From positions 1 to 44,276 of IMG/VR virus record IMGVR_UViG_3300038393_001496: a DNA stretch of 44,276 nt; one strand, written 5' to 3'. The notes beneath the pieces were generated by a model, which saw only the letters and a list, made by a program, of their open reading frames with translations, was not told the DNA's origin and made no database searches. Positions 7,590 through 17,972 of the stretch are shown in pieces (the stretch's first letter is position 1; every line of letters begins with the position of its first letter). A program made the position numbers and the translations under genes. This DNA is from a virus (lineage: Duplodnaviria > Caudoviricetes).

Positions 7590-8798
7590 ATGGCAAGAAT
7601 ATCACTGCCCAATGGCTGCTCCTGTAGCCAGCCAAACGTGTTTCCCGCCAACTGGAAAGCCATTGGCGCATCATGCAAAAAGGACTGGTATATTACCTAT
7701 CGCTTTTACGATCCTGCCTATGAGCAGCAGCACCCCACAGGCAAGCTTGTAATGGTCAAAGGCATGAACGGTTACAAGACCGTCAAGGACCGCCAGGTAT
7801 CAACCGCGCAGATACTGAAGGAAGTGCTGTATTACCTGGAGAAGGGATATAATCCGATACTGGATGCCATCGTAGAGGAAAAGAAGCGGGAGCGCACAGA
7901 GCCTATTCTTCCGAAAGACGGACTCTGGCGCGGCATCATCTTCGCCCGAAGCAATAAGACTTATACCAAAGCCGGCAGCGCAGATGTTGACAGTTACCTA
8001 CGCCGGATCCTGAAAGTTGCCCGGGCCCTGGATCTGCACACCAAACCGCTGGGTGAATTCAGGCGCCGCGACATGATGGCCATTTTCGACTTTATGGCCA
8101 GGGAGAAGCCCTGGACGCCTTACACCTGGAACAATTGCCTCGGTTACGTGCGGCCGCTCTTCAAGTTGCTCAATACTTACGAGGCCATGGAGCTGAATCC
8201 TTGCTATGGCATTGAGAAGATGCCGGTACCGGAAACGACTCGTAAGGTGCTTACCGATGAGGAGCGCAAAACCATTAATGAGCATCTCCGGGACCACCAC
8301 CGGCGCTTCTGGCTCTTCGTTCAGATGTTCTTCCATTCCGGAGCGCGAGAGATAGAGCTGCTGCAGGTGAAGCGCGAGGATGTGGACGTGACCAACCAAA
8401 CGTATTGGGTTACCATTCGGAAGGGAAAGAAAAAGCTGCCTAAGCGAGAACAAAAGGCCATTAAGAATATTGCGGTGCCCTACTGGCAGGAATACATCGA
8501 GGATGCCGGCGAAGGTGACTTTCTATTTTGCAAAGGCTGGAAAGCCGGCAAAAAATCACTCTCGCGCGACTGGCTGACGCATCTATGGGAGAAGGTGGTA
8601 AAGGATGGATTAGGCATTGACGTTGACCTGTACACGTTGAAGCACCTGAATTATGATGAGATTGATGCAAAGCTTGGTGCAGATGCTGCAGCTGCGCAGG
8701 CCAGTCATACTTCTACACGCATGCGGAAGCACTACGCGGTCAAAGCGAAGCAACGTGAGCTTGATAAGGTGAAGCAACTCGACAATGCTTTTGCGTAA
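7590..8798 (+). CDS. int: Tyrosine integrase
   Basis: SGARE (R), IRKGK (K), YTLKH (variant HxxR), SHTS..RKHY (H, Y); next to attP. Confidence 0.93.
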   Translation: MARISLPNGCSCSQPNVFPANWKAIGASCKKDWYITYRFYDPAYEQQHPTGKLVMVKGMNGYKTVKDRQVSTAQILKEVLYYLEKGYNPILDAIVEEKKRERTEPILPKDGLWRGIIFARSNKTYTKAGSADVDSYLRRILKVARALDLHTKPLGEFRRRDMMAIFDFMAREKPWTPYTWNNCLGYVRPLFKLLNTYEAMELNPCYGIEKMPVPETTRKVLTDEERKTINEHLRDHHRRFWLFVQMFFHSGAREIELLQVKREDVDVTNQTYWVTIRKGKKKLPKREQKAIKNIAVPYWQEYIEDAGEGDFLFCKGWKAGKKSLSRDWLTHLWEKVVKDGLGIDVDLYTLKHLNYDEIDAKLGADAAAAQASHTSTRMRKHYAVKAKQRELDKVKQLDNAFA

Positions 8799-8807
8799 GC
8801 TGTAGAA

Positions 8808-9119
8808 CTATTTGAATAGTTCCGGCTTCTGTTTCCTGAATTGCTCTATAATCCAATAGGCAATAGGGCCTATTTTCTCCGGGACCAGGGAGGCCGGGGG
8901 TATGCCGGGATTGTTTACCAGCTTGAATTCGGCTGCTGCGCTGAACGGTGCCTTTTTCGATACCTCGATGTAGCCTTTCAGCTCGCCGCCCGGCTTTTCG
9001 CCGCAGCGGTAAGCCATGGTGCTGAGCTGCAGGTCCCCCTTCAGCCTTGAGCTAACGATTGTAAGAATATCATTAAGCACAAGCGACTGCCTTGTGCTCT
9101 CGGCCAGATCTCTTCCCAT
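8808..9119 (-). CDS. Hypothetical moron protein with its own promoter
   Basis: Downstream of the late terminator; TAGATTCG (9131-9124) 4 nt before ATG. Confidence 0.65.
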   Translation of the reverse strand: MGRDLAESTRQSLVLNDILTIVSSRLKGDLQLSTMAYRCGEKPGGELKGYIEVSKKAPFSAAAEFKLVNNPGIPPASLVPEKIGPIAYWIIEQFRKQKPELFK

Positions 9120-9177
9120 GGAGCGAATCTATAGATCGAGTCTGAAATGATCAGAATATTGATATTATTAGCCGCAT

Positions 9178-9205
9178 AAAAAAGCCAGCCTGGGAACAGG
9201 CCGGC
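9178..9205 (-). terminator. Late-operon intrinsic terminator
   Basis: GCCGGCCTG-ttcc-CAGGCTGGC-TTTTTT on minus strand. Confidence 0.8.
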
Positions 9206-9227
9206 CCCTATTATTAACCCGAAACCC

Positions 9228-9725
9228 CTATGGTAGATTGATCTTGAGCCACAGCCTTAACGCAAGCCTGACTGCACAATAGCCGATCAGCAACAGGGCA
9301 ACCAGGCGCCACGAGTTGCGGCCGGACCTTAGTTCGGTAGCTTGCAATATTGCCGCTTGTCGCTCATCTCGCGCCGCAACCAGGGCGGCCGTGCTCTCGA
9401 CCCGGACAATGCTATCTTTTGTGACGAGCCTGGTGATCAGCTGGGGCGGTGGGCATGGTACCGCGACGATGAGCCGTGCTGTATCGCCGGCCTTGCGACG
9501 TGCAGCTGCGCTGTCGCAGTCTACATACACCGGTCGGCCCTGCAGATACTGAGTATCTATTCTCGTTTGCGTGACTACCGTCGACATCTCTTTCACCGGA
9601 TAGAGCTGCGCACACAAAGCAGCTGCAGCTTCTGGATGAGCGGCTGATATCGAGGCAAGGCGCCGGGCTGGGCTACAGCTCGCTATAGTGAGCAGAAGAA
9701 GTGCTACGGCCATCAGGTGCTTCAT
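9228..9725 (-). CDS. Unimolecular spanin (u-spanin)-like lipoprotein
   Basis: MKHLMAVALLLLTIAS|C lipobox and C-terminal TM helix WRLVALLLIGYCAVRLAL; last late gene. Confidence 0.75.
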   Translation of the reverse strand: MKHLMAVALLLLTIASCSPARRLASISAAHPEAAAALCAQLYPVKEMSTVVTQTRIDTQYLQGRPVYVDCDSAAARRKAGDTARLIVAVPCPPPQLITRLVTKDSIVRVESTAALVAARDERQAAILQATELRSGRNSWRLVALLLIGYCAVRLALRLWLKINLP

Positions 9726-10009
9726 GGCTTCGTCGTTTGTTGTAAGTGAAGTTGATTTTCGATGATGGCCAGCCGTACATTGATCGTGGCTATTTCCGCC
9801 TCCATCTTTGCGCGCCACAATGCAGCGTCGCCGGCCTGGGTTTTTGCCTCCGCCTTTACGTCGTTGACGATCTCATCAAGCCTGGATATCTTGGCATCCA
9901 GCTTCGACAGAAAGAAAGCAATGATCACGACCTGTATCATTGCGGAGATCACAGTGCGAATGCCGAATGAGAGCTTCTCTCCGGAAACGAACTTCGGGGG
10001 TTGAGTCAT
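9722..10009 (-). CDS. Holin-like membrane protein (one TM helix plus coiled coil)
   Basis: TVISAMIQVVIIAFFL TM segment; ATGA-coupled to the spanin. Confidence 0.55.
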   Translation of the reverse strand: MTQPPKFVSGEKLSFGIRTVISAMIQVVIIAFFLSKLDAKISRLDEIVNDVKAEAKTQAGDAALWRAKMEAEIATINVRLAIIENQLHLQQTTKP

Positions 10010-10014
10010 TGCTT

Positions 10015-11742
10015 CTAAGAAAAAATGATAACAATATTTGCCGGATCAGCGTCTGCCACAGTAATCGTATCCCCGGTCACACTCACATTGGTCGTGTGTG
10101 ATCGGATTGTGGCTACTTTCCCGGAGGGGCGCCGCATATCGTAGTCCCCGGCAGCGTCAAAGTCCATCCAGCACCAGAGGTCGCCGTTTGACAGTCGTAC
10201 CCGGCAATCATTGATCACCCCGGCCGTTGCCGGTTTCTTAGCGGTGCCGCGAACGAATACGGCCTGGACAGTTGATCCAGCCGGAAGTGTTGGGGGGCTC
10301 GTCCAGTGAGAGTAGACCATGTACGAAAACTTCCCTCCTTGTTGGATCCAGAAGGTGCGGTCCATCGTCTCTGCTACATCATCCGCGCTATCATATAACG
10401 GCAGAGATCCGAAGTTTATGACGAAATCTACATCCTGCGAATAGATCTCATTCGGTGTTGGCGTAGCGTTGTCATACTCTTTGACCGCTCCGCTGTATAC
10501 CTCAAATTCCCGCCGTGGGGGCGTGTCTTCCCAGGTATCCGGAGTTGCCATCAGCTGGGCGCCGAACACATCCGTCTGGATGTCTACGCCGGTACGATAA
10601 TCGAAGGTGTTCGTGCCGTCGCTGACAGGCAGCAGTCCCGGTATATATCGATAAACGTGCGGAGAGAACAAGGTATTTCCACCCCAGGACTGCTGCTGCA
10701 GCCCGCAGTGGAGCACTGTAATGTCTTGCGCGAAATCGTCTTTATGATAGACTGCAAAGAGGCTGTCCTGCAAATCATATACCTGGTAAGCAGAGTCCCA
10801 GATATCTCCGCCCACATTCGGCCATTGTGTATACCCTCCTACCGGACGGTTGGCGTTAAAGAAATCAATAACGCTATAGGGTTCGTAGTAGTGTATGGTT
10901 TGGGTCAGCTGCACGCCCGATACGTCGGTAATGAGGTTGTCCTGCCATAGATCCACCTCGGTATTATTGACGTAGAGTCTGAGCTCATCGTAGCCATTAG
11001 TCCAGCCTTTGATATTTCCGTCCGTAGCTGTGAAGCCAGCATACGATGCGGTATGTGTTCCATTGGCTACGTGGGTCAATGTGCTGCCCATATCTGCCGC
11101 CGTCAAGAATCTGTACTTGCCTTCTACAGCGGAGATGTTCTCACCCAGCCAGAGTAGATCATGGTTGGTCGTCATTTCCGCCAGGTACCATGTATGGCCA
11201 TTGCTACACTGGCGTGTTTGCCCTACATCATTATAGGTAAAGCCATGCGTTGTAGCCGTCGAGGTAATCACACCCGGCGTCGGGTGATTCCCATTCGTAT
11301 AGTAGTTCTGCCCGACTTGATCAGACTGAAATACAACTGGATTCGTTTCATCACCTCCACTCACTATGTAATGGGCAGCATTGAAGTTATCCGCAGCATC
11401 GATCGCTTTGTTGATCGGGATAAAGTACTGCCCCGGCGCATTCAGTATCCCGTTAGCGCCGCCTTTATACGAGCCATCACCTTTATAGATGACATTTCTA
11501 AAGACTATGGCCAGATTATCGTCGAACGGTACCCGTACCAGTAGCACAGAGGCTGTCGCCTGGTTATAGCCGTCCGGAGTAACCGGGAAAGTGATAATCT
11601 TTACTTCGGTGGCCGTACTTGCAGAAGGCAGACTGAAGCCTACTTTCTGCATAGCCAGGTCGTTCGGATATGACGGTACAACAGGCGCAGTAGCCCTGCC
11701 ACGCCCGCTGCTGTTCGCCAGTATAGCTGTTAGAAGGCTCAT
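10015..11742 (-). CDS. Tail fibre/receptor-binding-like structural protein
   Basis: 575 aa, beta-rich T/D/Y/G composition, distal tail module. Confidence 0.6.
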   Translation of the reverse strand: MSLLTAILANSSGRGRATAPVVPSYPNDLAMQKVGFSLPSASTATEVKIITFPVTPDGYNQATASVLLVRVPFDDNLAIVFRNVIYKGDGSYKGGANGILNAPGQYFIPINKAIDAADNFNAAHYIVSGGDETNPVVFQSDQVGQNYYTNGNHPTPGVITSTATTHGFTYNDVGQTRQCSNGHTWYLAEMTTNHDLLWLGENISAVEGKYRFLTAADMGSTLTHVANGTHTASYAGFTATDGNIKGWTNGYDELRLYVNNTEVDLWQDNLITDVSGVQLTQTIHYYEPYSVIDFFNANRPVGGYTQWPNVGGDIWDSAYQVYDLQDSLFAVYHKDDFAQDITVLHCGLQQQSWGGNTLFSPHVYRYIPGLLPVSDGTNTFDYRTGVDIQTDVFGAQLMATPDTWEDTPPRREFEVYSGAVKEYDNATPTPNEIYSQDVDFVINFGSLPLYDSADDVAETMDRTFWIQQGGKFSYMVYSHWTSPPTLPAGSTVQAVFVRGTAKKPATAGVINDCRVRLSNGDLWCWMDFDAAGDYDMRRPSGKVATIRSHTTNVSVTGDTITVADADPANIVIIFS

Positions 11743-13122
11743 TTATTGAACCAATTGGAATGGTGCGACAAACGGATATGTGAACGCTGTTGGGTCTCCC
11801 CACGTTCCCGAACCCCACCCATCCGTTGTAGTGCTCACTGCCACGCCAGCTACATTTACCGCTTTCCCCTGTCCGGTTGCGGCCTTCAACCTGATTGTCG
11901 TTCCTGCCGGCGCTGTTGTTCCGTGGAATCCAAACACCAAAAAGTCTCCTACCTGTACGGAAGCGGTATCAGATGACACGTCGAATTCATTTACGCTGTT
12001 AGCGGTAAAAGGACCGGTGAAATCCCAGGTCTTTATTCTCGTCTGAGTAGAAGATGTGGCAGCCCTGAACACCTTGAACCATATATGGGACAGGTCGGTT
12101 ACGTCTTCCAGATATACCCGGATCTTGTTAACCGTCCCCGCCGTCTCGACGACTGCCTGAACGGGACTGGTGCCTGCATTGAAGAACTCATAGTCTGTCG
12201 TTGTTGCTAATGCGGTATCAGATACCGTACTCAGCCCCGCGCTAAAAGACAGTATAGTTTCAGATGAGATACTGTTCGTCGCAGTGCCGCTGTCATCCGC
12301 CAGCGGATTGTTCGCGTCATCAACAACGTCACCGGACGCGGCTACGTATGCCCATGGAATCGTATCAGAGGAAGACATGGCATCCACAGCGAACGTCCAT
12401 GTGTCCGTTCCGGAACCACCAACTCCGGTAATACCAAAAGAGCCGAAGCTCCAGCCAGCATCGCTACCATTCACTATTTCGCTAAATGTGACGACAATAT
12501 GCGTGGCATCTGTCGCTTCCACGCTAACCACTGTCGGTGCTGTTGTATCCGGAACCGGAATGAGGATCTTCACCGGTTGGTTCGTAGAGCCTGTTACCCA
12601 TGCGTAGCCATCATCATCGACCACATACGCGACGGTCGTAAGGCCCGAGTTGGTGCCGGAGTTGTTGACCGTGATCGACGTGCCATACACTTTGAACGTG
12701 AAGCTGCCGGAGTTGGTAAGCAGCATCAATCCCCTTTTCTGGGTGCCGATCACCCAATCCTTGTTGGCCGACATAGTATAGCTCTGTAAGCCGTTCCATG
12801 TGGTACCGTCTGACGCGGGGAAGTTTATATTGCCCCCACCCGCAGAGGCATCAGGAAAAACCGGGGCAAGCAGCTGGACGATCTCCTTGGCCGTTTCACT
12901 ACCTGTAGTGGCCACGCCATCTATTTCCAGTACAGCGCCCGGCAGAAAAGCCGGCAACGCAAGGTGACTGCCTTGCCAGAGCTGTATCCTGCCGTCCGTT
13001 ATTCCGATATGGCTGACATTCCTGATCGAATCGAAGGATCCGGAAACAGCGGCACCATTGGTGTCATAATACTGGCTCTCGACGCCGTTATCAGTAGTGG
13101 TAAATTTGTAGCCTGCTCTCAT
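11743..13122 (-). CDS. Tail fibre-like protein with Ig-like domain
   Basis: DTTAPTVVSVEA...IVVTFSE...VVDDANNPL Ig-like motif; T/S/G-rich. Confidence 0.65.
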   Translation of the reverse strand: MRAGYKFTTTDNGVESQYYDTNGAAVSGSFDSIRNVSHIGITDGRIQLWQGSHLALPAFLPGAVLEIDGVATTGSETAKEIVQLLAPVFPDASAGGGNINFPASDGTTWNGLQSYTMSANKDWVIGTQKRGLMLLTNSGSFTFKVYGTSITVNNSGTNSGLTTVAYVVDDDGYAWVTGSTNQPVKILIPVPDTTAPTVVSVEATDATHIVVTFSEIVNGSDAGWSFGSFGITGVGGSGTDTWTFAVDAMSSSDTIPWAYVAASGDVVDDANNPLADDSGTATNSISSETILSFSAGLSTVSDTALATTTDYEFFNAGTSPVQAVVETAGTVNKIRVYLEDVTDLSHIWFKVFRAATSSTQTRIKTWDFTGPFTANSVNEFDVSSDTASVQVGDFLVFGFHGTTAPAGTTIRLKAATGQGKAVNVAGVAVSTTTDGWGSGTWGDPTAFTYPFVAPFQLVQ

Positions 13123-13127
13123 GCAAA

Positions 13128-13181
13128 CAAAGCTATTTTGAGCAGTAACCGGGCCCGGCAGAAGATAGCGACAGGTGTCGC
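13128..13181 (-). promoter_or_regulatory. Late promoter 3
   Basis: GCGACACCTGTCGCTA-N30-TAGCTTTG-5nt-ATG. Confidence 0.75.
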
Positions 13182-13183
13182 CG

Positions 13184-13699
13184 CTACCTGTCGTACCGGA
13201 AGCCCAGGCCGGTCAATGTGTTGAATAGCTCCGTGTTGACGATGGCATCTACCTCTTTCTGCAGGCGCCCGATCATTTTGATGGCCTCATCCGGTACCTG
13301 GCTCTCCTGCAGGCCTGCCATGATATACCCATCGCCATCGGCCAGCGTATAGACGTCCAGCGTATCACCATTGGTGAACGTGTGAACACCATCGGTAAAT
13401 GCCAGGGTCGTCCCGGGAACATCCTTGCTGAATACCGAAGTGAATCCACTGTAAAAGGTGTCCGTGCCGTTTTGCACGAAATACGACACGGCAAGATCCT
13501 GCAGCAGGTGCTCCACTACCGAATCGGCGGTAGCGGTAATATTGATGGTCAGGTGACCAAGAACAGAGGCCCTGGCGCCTACTACCGAATGGGTATTTAT
13601 CGTTCCCGAATCCGTGGTGACTGTACCTGTGTTCGTAATTATTGCAACAGTGATCACCTCACCGTTGTATAGCATCGAAAGCGTGTAGTTCTCGTTCAT
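13184..13699 (-). CDS. Tail-associated hypothetical protein
   Basis: Co-oriented 171-aa ORF in the tail module. Confidence 0.7.
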   Translation of the reverse strand: MNENYTLSMLYNGEVITVAIITNTGTVTTDSGTINTHSVVGARASVLGHLTINITATADSVVEHLLQDLAVSYFVQNGTDTFYSGFTSVFSKDVPGTTLAFTDGVHTFTNGDTLDVYTLADGDGYIMAGLQESQVPDEAIKMIGRLQKEVDAIVNTELFNTLTGLGFRYDR

Positions 13700-13702
13700 T
13701 TC

Positions 13703-15508
13703 TTAATTATTGACCTTCCAGTTGAGGGGAGGAACATTATTGGTGGTGAGCAAGCTCTTGTAACTGTTACCAAAGGAATTGAGGGTAGCGGCCGGCGATT
13801 GATTGACAATGCTGAACGTACCACCGGTCAGATATGGACCGAAGCCGTTATTAGTAGCGTTTCGCCATACGTCATACATGAAGTTGCTGACCACCGTCGA
13901 ATTCAGCTGGTTGCCGCTGAAGTCGATTACCGAAAGGTTGGGTATGTAGTGAGAATTGAACCCGTTGGCAGCAGACAAGCCGCAATTCAGAAGCTTGAGA
14001 CTGGTCAGCGTGCTTTGCGCACCGGCCACCTGGGAGAAGTCGAATGTATTGCTCAGGGCCCAGGTAAAGGTATCCATGGTGAACTTCTTCATTCCGGACG
14101 GCAACGATCCGGTGAATATGCCCATGTTTCCCTGGGCGACCATCGAGAATTCTGTGACCGATCCCCAGATCTTGATATTATAGGTGGCAATGGCGTTGGG
14201 GAACGTCTTTGTAAGCACGATCGGGAGGGTTGAATAACCCACACGATCGTAGGTGCCATCGCCCCACTCCACAATACACGTTGCGCCGGTAAGCGTAATG
14301 ACCCGGACATTGTTCGGAGCGCCTGAGCACTGGAACTGAAACCCGAAATAGGTCGTGTAGATCGTCGAAGATGCGGACGCATAGTTCTCGCCGGCGCCGT
14401 TCTGATATGCCACTACTCCGCCGGCATTACTGAAGCTGCCGAAGAGCTCCTGGGCACTGGTTCCGGAATTCAGGTTACTAATCAGCGTAGTTTCTTCACC
14501 GCTGTTGTGCACGACCGTGGCAACAATTCCCGAGGCCACCGAAGGCACCAGCGATATGCTGGGTGAGCTGATGCCAATCATCAGGCTATACAGCGCATAA
14601 GGCGTGGCCAGCGGGGATGTATACAGGTCCAGGGTATCATCACCATAGGTGAATCCTTCCGTATTGTCTGCTTCCTGGATGTTCAGTGTCGCGCCGAACA
14701 GCGCGGCGCCATCACCGCCCTGCTTGCTCCAGTCTGCGCTATCCGCCCGGCGATACTGCTTTCTGTCGAGAAAGACTGTATCCAGGTCGAAAATGCGCGT
14801 GAGCCTGTCCAGCTCTTCATCCGAGATGCCCTCCTCCGTGTTGCCGATGCAGAGTGGATAGTTTCGGTAAGACTTCGCCCACAACTGATCGATGTTCTCT
14901 TCCTGGTCCTGGTAGACCGTACGTACCGTCTTCGGTATGAGCGCCCCGATATACCCGGGCACGCGCTTCATATACCGGCAGGGCAGCTGCTCGAACCAGG
15001 AGCCCTGCTCATTAGTTGTATTCGTATACTCGATGGCGATCGTACCCTCATGCGTATCCTGGAGCAGGAAGGGATGGCTTACAAACCTGTCCGTGTGCGT
15101 CACGTCATAGTTGACCGTAAGCAGCAGCATATAGATGCCATTGGTGGCTATAGCAGAAAAGTCCGAAAGGCGGTATAGGTAGGAGAGGAACTGGGATCCG
15201 TCAGCTGTAGTATTACCGATGATGGCAGCGCTGGCGCTCTGAGTGATGGTGAGTACCGGATTCCAGTCGCGGTCTATTACCTGCAGTACATGTGAGGTAT
15301 TGGTCGTCGCATCGAACATGAAGCGAAAGCGATCGCCGCGTTCCACTTTGCGGAAGTAGACAGCATCGGATGGCTGCCATGGCAGCAGGAGCTCTTGCTG
15401 CCAGTCCGTATCGAGATGGCCGCGGTGATAGCTGGCCGGCCGGTTCGTATCCACCCTTCTCATGCCGAAGGGCTCATGTTGCGGGAATTTTGTCTTACGT
15501 GCTGCCAT
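13703..15508 (-). CDS. Tail protein with PKD-like and LRR-like C-terminal region
   Basis: IVEWGDGT; LTSLKLLNCGL, LSVIDFSGNQL. Confidence 0.7.
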   Translation of the reverse strand: MAARKTKFPQHEPFGMRRVDTNRPASYHRGHLDTDWQQELLLPWQPSDAVYFRKVERGDRFRFMFDATTNTSHVLQVIDRDWNPVLTITQSASAAIIGNTTADGSQFLSYLYRLSDFSAIATNGIYMLLLTVNYDVTHTDRFVSHPFLLQDTHEGTIAIEYTNTTNEQGSWFEQLPCRYMKRVPGYIGALIPKTVRTVYQDQEENIDQLWAKSYRNYPLCIGNTEEGISDEELDRLTRIFDLDTVFLDRKQYRRADSADWSKQGGDGAALFGATLNIQEADNTEGFTYGDDTLDLYTSPLATPYALYSLMIGISSPSISLVPSVASGIVATVVHNSGEETTLISNLNSGTSAQELFGSFSNAGGVVAYQNGAGENYASASSTIYTTYFGFQFQCSGAPNNVRVITLTGATCIVEWGDGTYDRVGYSTLPIVLTKTFPNAIATYNIKIWGSVTEFSMVAQGNMGIFTGSLPSGMKKFTMDTFTWALSNTFDFSQVAGAQSTLTSLKLLNCGLSAANGFNSHYIPNLSVIDFSGNQLNSTVVSNFMYDVWRNATNNGFGPYLTGGTFSIVNQSPAATLNSFGNSYKSLLTTNNVPPLNWKVNN

Positions 15509-17679
15509 TAGTGAATCAACTTTGAAAGGTCAGTGGTAGGGGATGCCAGCAGTTTCCAGGTATAGACTGCATTGTCAGCCGGCCGGATGCCGACTTCCAA
15601 TATGAACCCGGTGTAAGTATGGCCATTATATGAGAATTGAATCTTGCCGTACGGATTGGCCTCGATAAGAGTTGATATATTTGTTGGAACGGCGGTCTCA
15701 AATTGAAAGATTATTGGCAGAAACAGTGGCGCGTCCAAAACTGATACAGGTATGCTGGCTTTCTCTATCACAAGGCCTGTTGCATCTATTTTTGATTGCA
15801 TCTGCGCATTCTGATCAGCTGTCTGAAAGCTCAGTATAGTATTGTCTAAGAGATGCAGCGCCGTGTGAATCAACGGCGCGTTGCGCAGTAGATTCCTTTT
15901 GGGCGTTAATGAAAGATTATAAGCAGTTGCGCCGGCCAGCATACCAGTCATGCTGTTACCTAAGCTATTTTGTTGGCGAGCTAGTAGATATTCTCCGTTG
16001 CTGTTGATTATACCACTTACCTCCGCAATAAAAGTGTCGTTGTCGTTATTGGAGTCTGTAGTTTTCTTGCCGCCGAGATTTGCACGAACATATTCATGGG
16101 TCACTATCGAAGCCACATACGGACTGATGGCATCCCGCTCCTTTTTTACCCGGATGCCGGCACTTGCATATTGATGAGTGAGAAAAGGGTCATCTTTCCC
16201 ATTGAGCTTTTCGTTTTCCCTATACTTATATCCGATTTTGAGTGTGTTCCAGATATATTCTAAGGCAACACTTAACTGTAGATTGTTGATGACATTGACA
16301 TCAGCAATAATTAGACTATCGCGATAGAAATAATCAAGGCGCTCCATCCTCATAGTATTTCCTTCCACACCAATACCTGTCATATCGCGGCTGAGCGAGT
16401 CCTGCTGCAGTTCCTCCAACGTGGTTTTTATGCTGGCCGGCACAGTGCCAGGCACCCCACTGCCATCGCCAAGACCTCTAACCGCATCACCACATGTCAT
16501 CAGCGTGTTCCAAGGCACATTACCACATGCGTTATTATTTGGATTGCTCAGATAATTCGAAGCGGCCGCATAGGCCCCATTACCCATTAAGGCGACCAAT
16601 TTTTGAAACACTTGGTACTGCCGCAGCCATCTTGTGGTGGTCGCTGGCCTTCTGTACTCTGTATAGATATCTATCGTGCCCTCATTGCCGTATATTCTGT
16701 AGCGGGAGTTTATTTCACTATAAACATTACCGACTATTGGATTATCTATCATCAGCAAGAATATTCCCACCGTATCGCCGGCGTTCAGTGTGGCGGTAAA
16801 AGAGCTATTAGAAGGAGTAACCACATAGGTGGCGCTGCCACCAGGCGATAAAGCAGAATTAGCCACATAAGCAAATGAATTGACTATGGTCCCGCCCGGA
16901 ACACCGGTCCTTACGCCGACTGCGAATGTCCTGGCGTTACTGGCCGTGGATGGCCAGAACACCCATACGGTAAAACTGAACGTGATGGTAATCGTTTCCG
17001 CATATTTTGACTTGTAAATAGCTCCATTCGCCAATGCAATAGTGGCAGGGAACGGCTGATACATAGTATTCGTAATGGTCGGCTCGTTTACTCCTTCTAT
17101 GCCCGCATTGACTATAATAGGCGTATTACTGATCGTGATAGGACTGGAGACGCCCTGCTCCGCCAATAGATAATGCGCCGTACCGCGAAGTGTGATGCCA
17201 TCCATAAGCACTTTTAGGCAGTCATTATCTAACAGTGGTATTTCAAAGGCCGTGCTTTCCTTTGCTTTAATCAATGCAGCTAATCCGGAATCAAGTATCG
17301 ACGCTTGGAAAGTATTCAGTGTATCCAGCGATTGCGAAAAATCAATATCCCCGTTATAGTAGGGGTCATATTGTTGCGTAGTAGCATTGAGCTTCTCTAT
17401 AACCAATTGGCATTTGCCCTCAATGCCCTCCGTATAGTAAACATGTCGAAGGATAGTTGCTGCGTCACGAGCGAAAGTCATCGGCACGACGAAAGAGCGG
17501 AAAATGCCATGATATTTCTCATGCCTTTTCCACCGCAAATCAGTCTCCTTCCATTCCAACGGGTCCTGCCGGAGTTGCACAAATGTTGCGGACGTATGCA
17601 CACCGCTTGCGTCAGCATAGTACCATGTAGACGCATCCTTCTTGAAAGAATATCGGAATTTTTTTCGCTGGATGTCCAT
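15508..17679 (-). CDS. Tail tip/hub protein
   Basis: 723 aa, first structural gene after the tape measure. Confidence 0.7.
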   Translation of the reverse strand: MDIQRKKFRYSFKKDASTWYYADASGVHTSATFVQLRQDPLEWKETDLRWKRHEKYHGIFRSFVVPMTFARDAATILRHVYYTEGIEGKCQLVIEKLNATTQQYDPYYNGDIDFSQSLDTLNTFQASILDSGLAALIKAKESTAFEIPLLDNDCLKVLMDGITLRGTAHYLLAEQGVSSPITISNTPIIVNAGIEGVNEPTITNTMYQPFPATIALANGAIYKSKYAETITITFSFTVWVFWPSTASNARTFAVGVRTGVPGGTIVNSFAYVANSALSPGGSATYVVTPSNSSFTATLNAGDTVGIFLLMIDNPIVGNVYSEINSRYRIYGNEGTIDIYTEYRRPATTTRWLRQYQVFQKLVALMGNGAYAAASNYLSNPNNNACGNVPWNTLMTCGDAVRGLGDGSGVPGTVPASIKTTLEELQQDSLSRDMTGIGVEGNTMRMERLDYFYRDSLIIADVNVINNLQLSVALEYIWNTLKIGYKYRENEKLNGKDDPFLTHQYASAGIRVKKERDAISPYVASIVTHEYVRANLGGKKTTDSNNDNDTFIAEVSGIINSNGEYLLARQQNSLGNSMTGMLAGATAYNLSLTPKRNLLRNAPLIHTALHLLDNTILSFQTADQNAQMQSKIDATGLVIEKASIPVSVLDAPLFLPIIFQFETAVPTNISTLIEANPYGKIQFSYNGHTYTGFILEVGIRPADNAVYTWKLLASPTTDLSKLIH

Positions 17680-17696
17680 TTATTACTTTCGTACTT

Positions 17697-17972
17697 ATGA
17701 AATGGCTTATTATTCTATCCCTATCCTTGTTTGTTGTTAGCTGCCAGAAGAAACAATGCTGGAAATGTCATATTGTTCAGTGGACGACAGAACCACACAA
17801 TCCAGACTCAATCGCCGCATTTTACATTCCAGTTCCAATTTGTGATAAGACGAAAAAGGATATAGATGCCTATGCGTCAAATGCGATGAGCAGCCATATT
17901 TTTTACTATTACCAGAATGACGGAACACGAGTTGGTATTGACGGGGATTTTAAGAGCATTGACTGTAATTAG
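17697..17972 (+). CDS. Antisense moron: small Cys-rich lipoprotein
   Basis: MKWLIILSLSLFVVS|CQKKQCWKC lipobox; TACTTTCG (17684-17691) 5 nt before ATG; fills the gap between TMP and tail tip. Confidence 0.8.
   Translation: MKWLIILSLSLFVVSCQKKQCWKCHIVQWTTEPHNPDSIAAFYIPVPICDKTKKDIDAYASNAMSSHIFYYYQNDGTRVGIDGDFKSIDCN

Noticed and set aside
8630-8650. Inactive integrase because HxxR reads YTLK
   Set aside because: YxLKH-type variants occur in Bacteroidota tyrosine integrases; other catalytic residues and attP are intact
10015-15508. Diversity-generating retroelement or invertible fibre cassette
   Set aside because: No reverse transcriptase, TR/VR pair, invertase or inverted crossover sites seen
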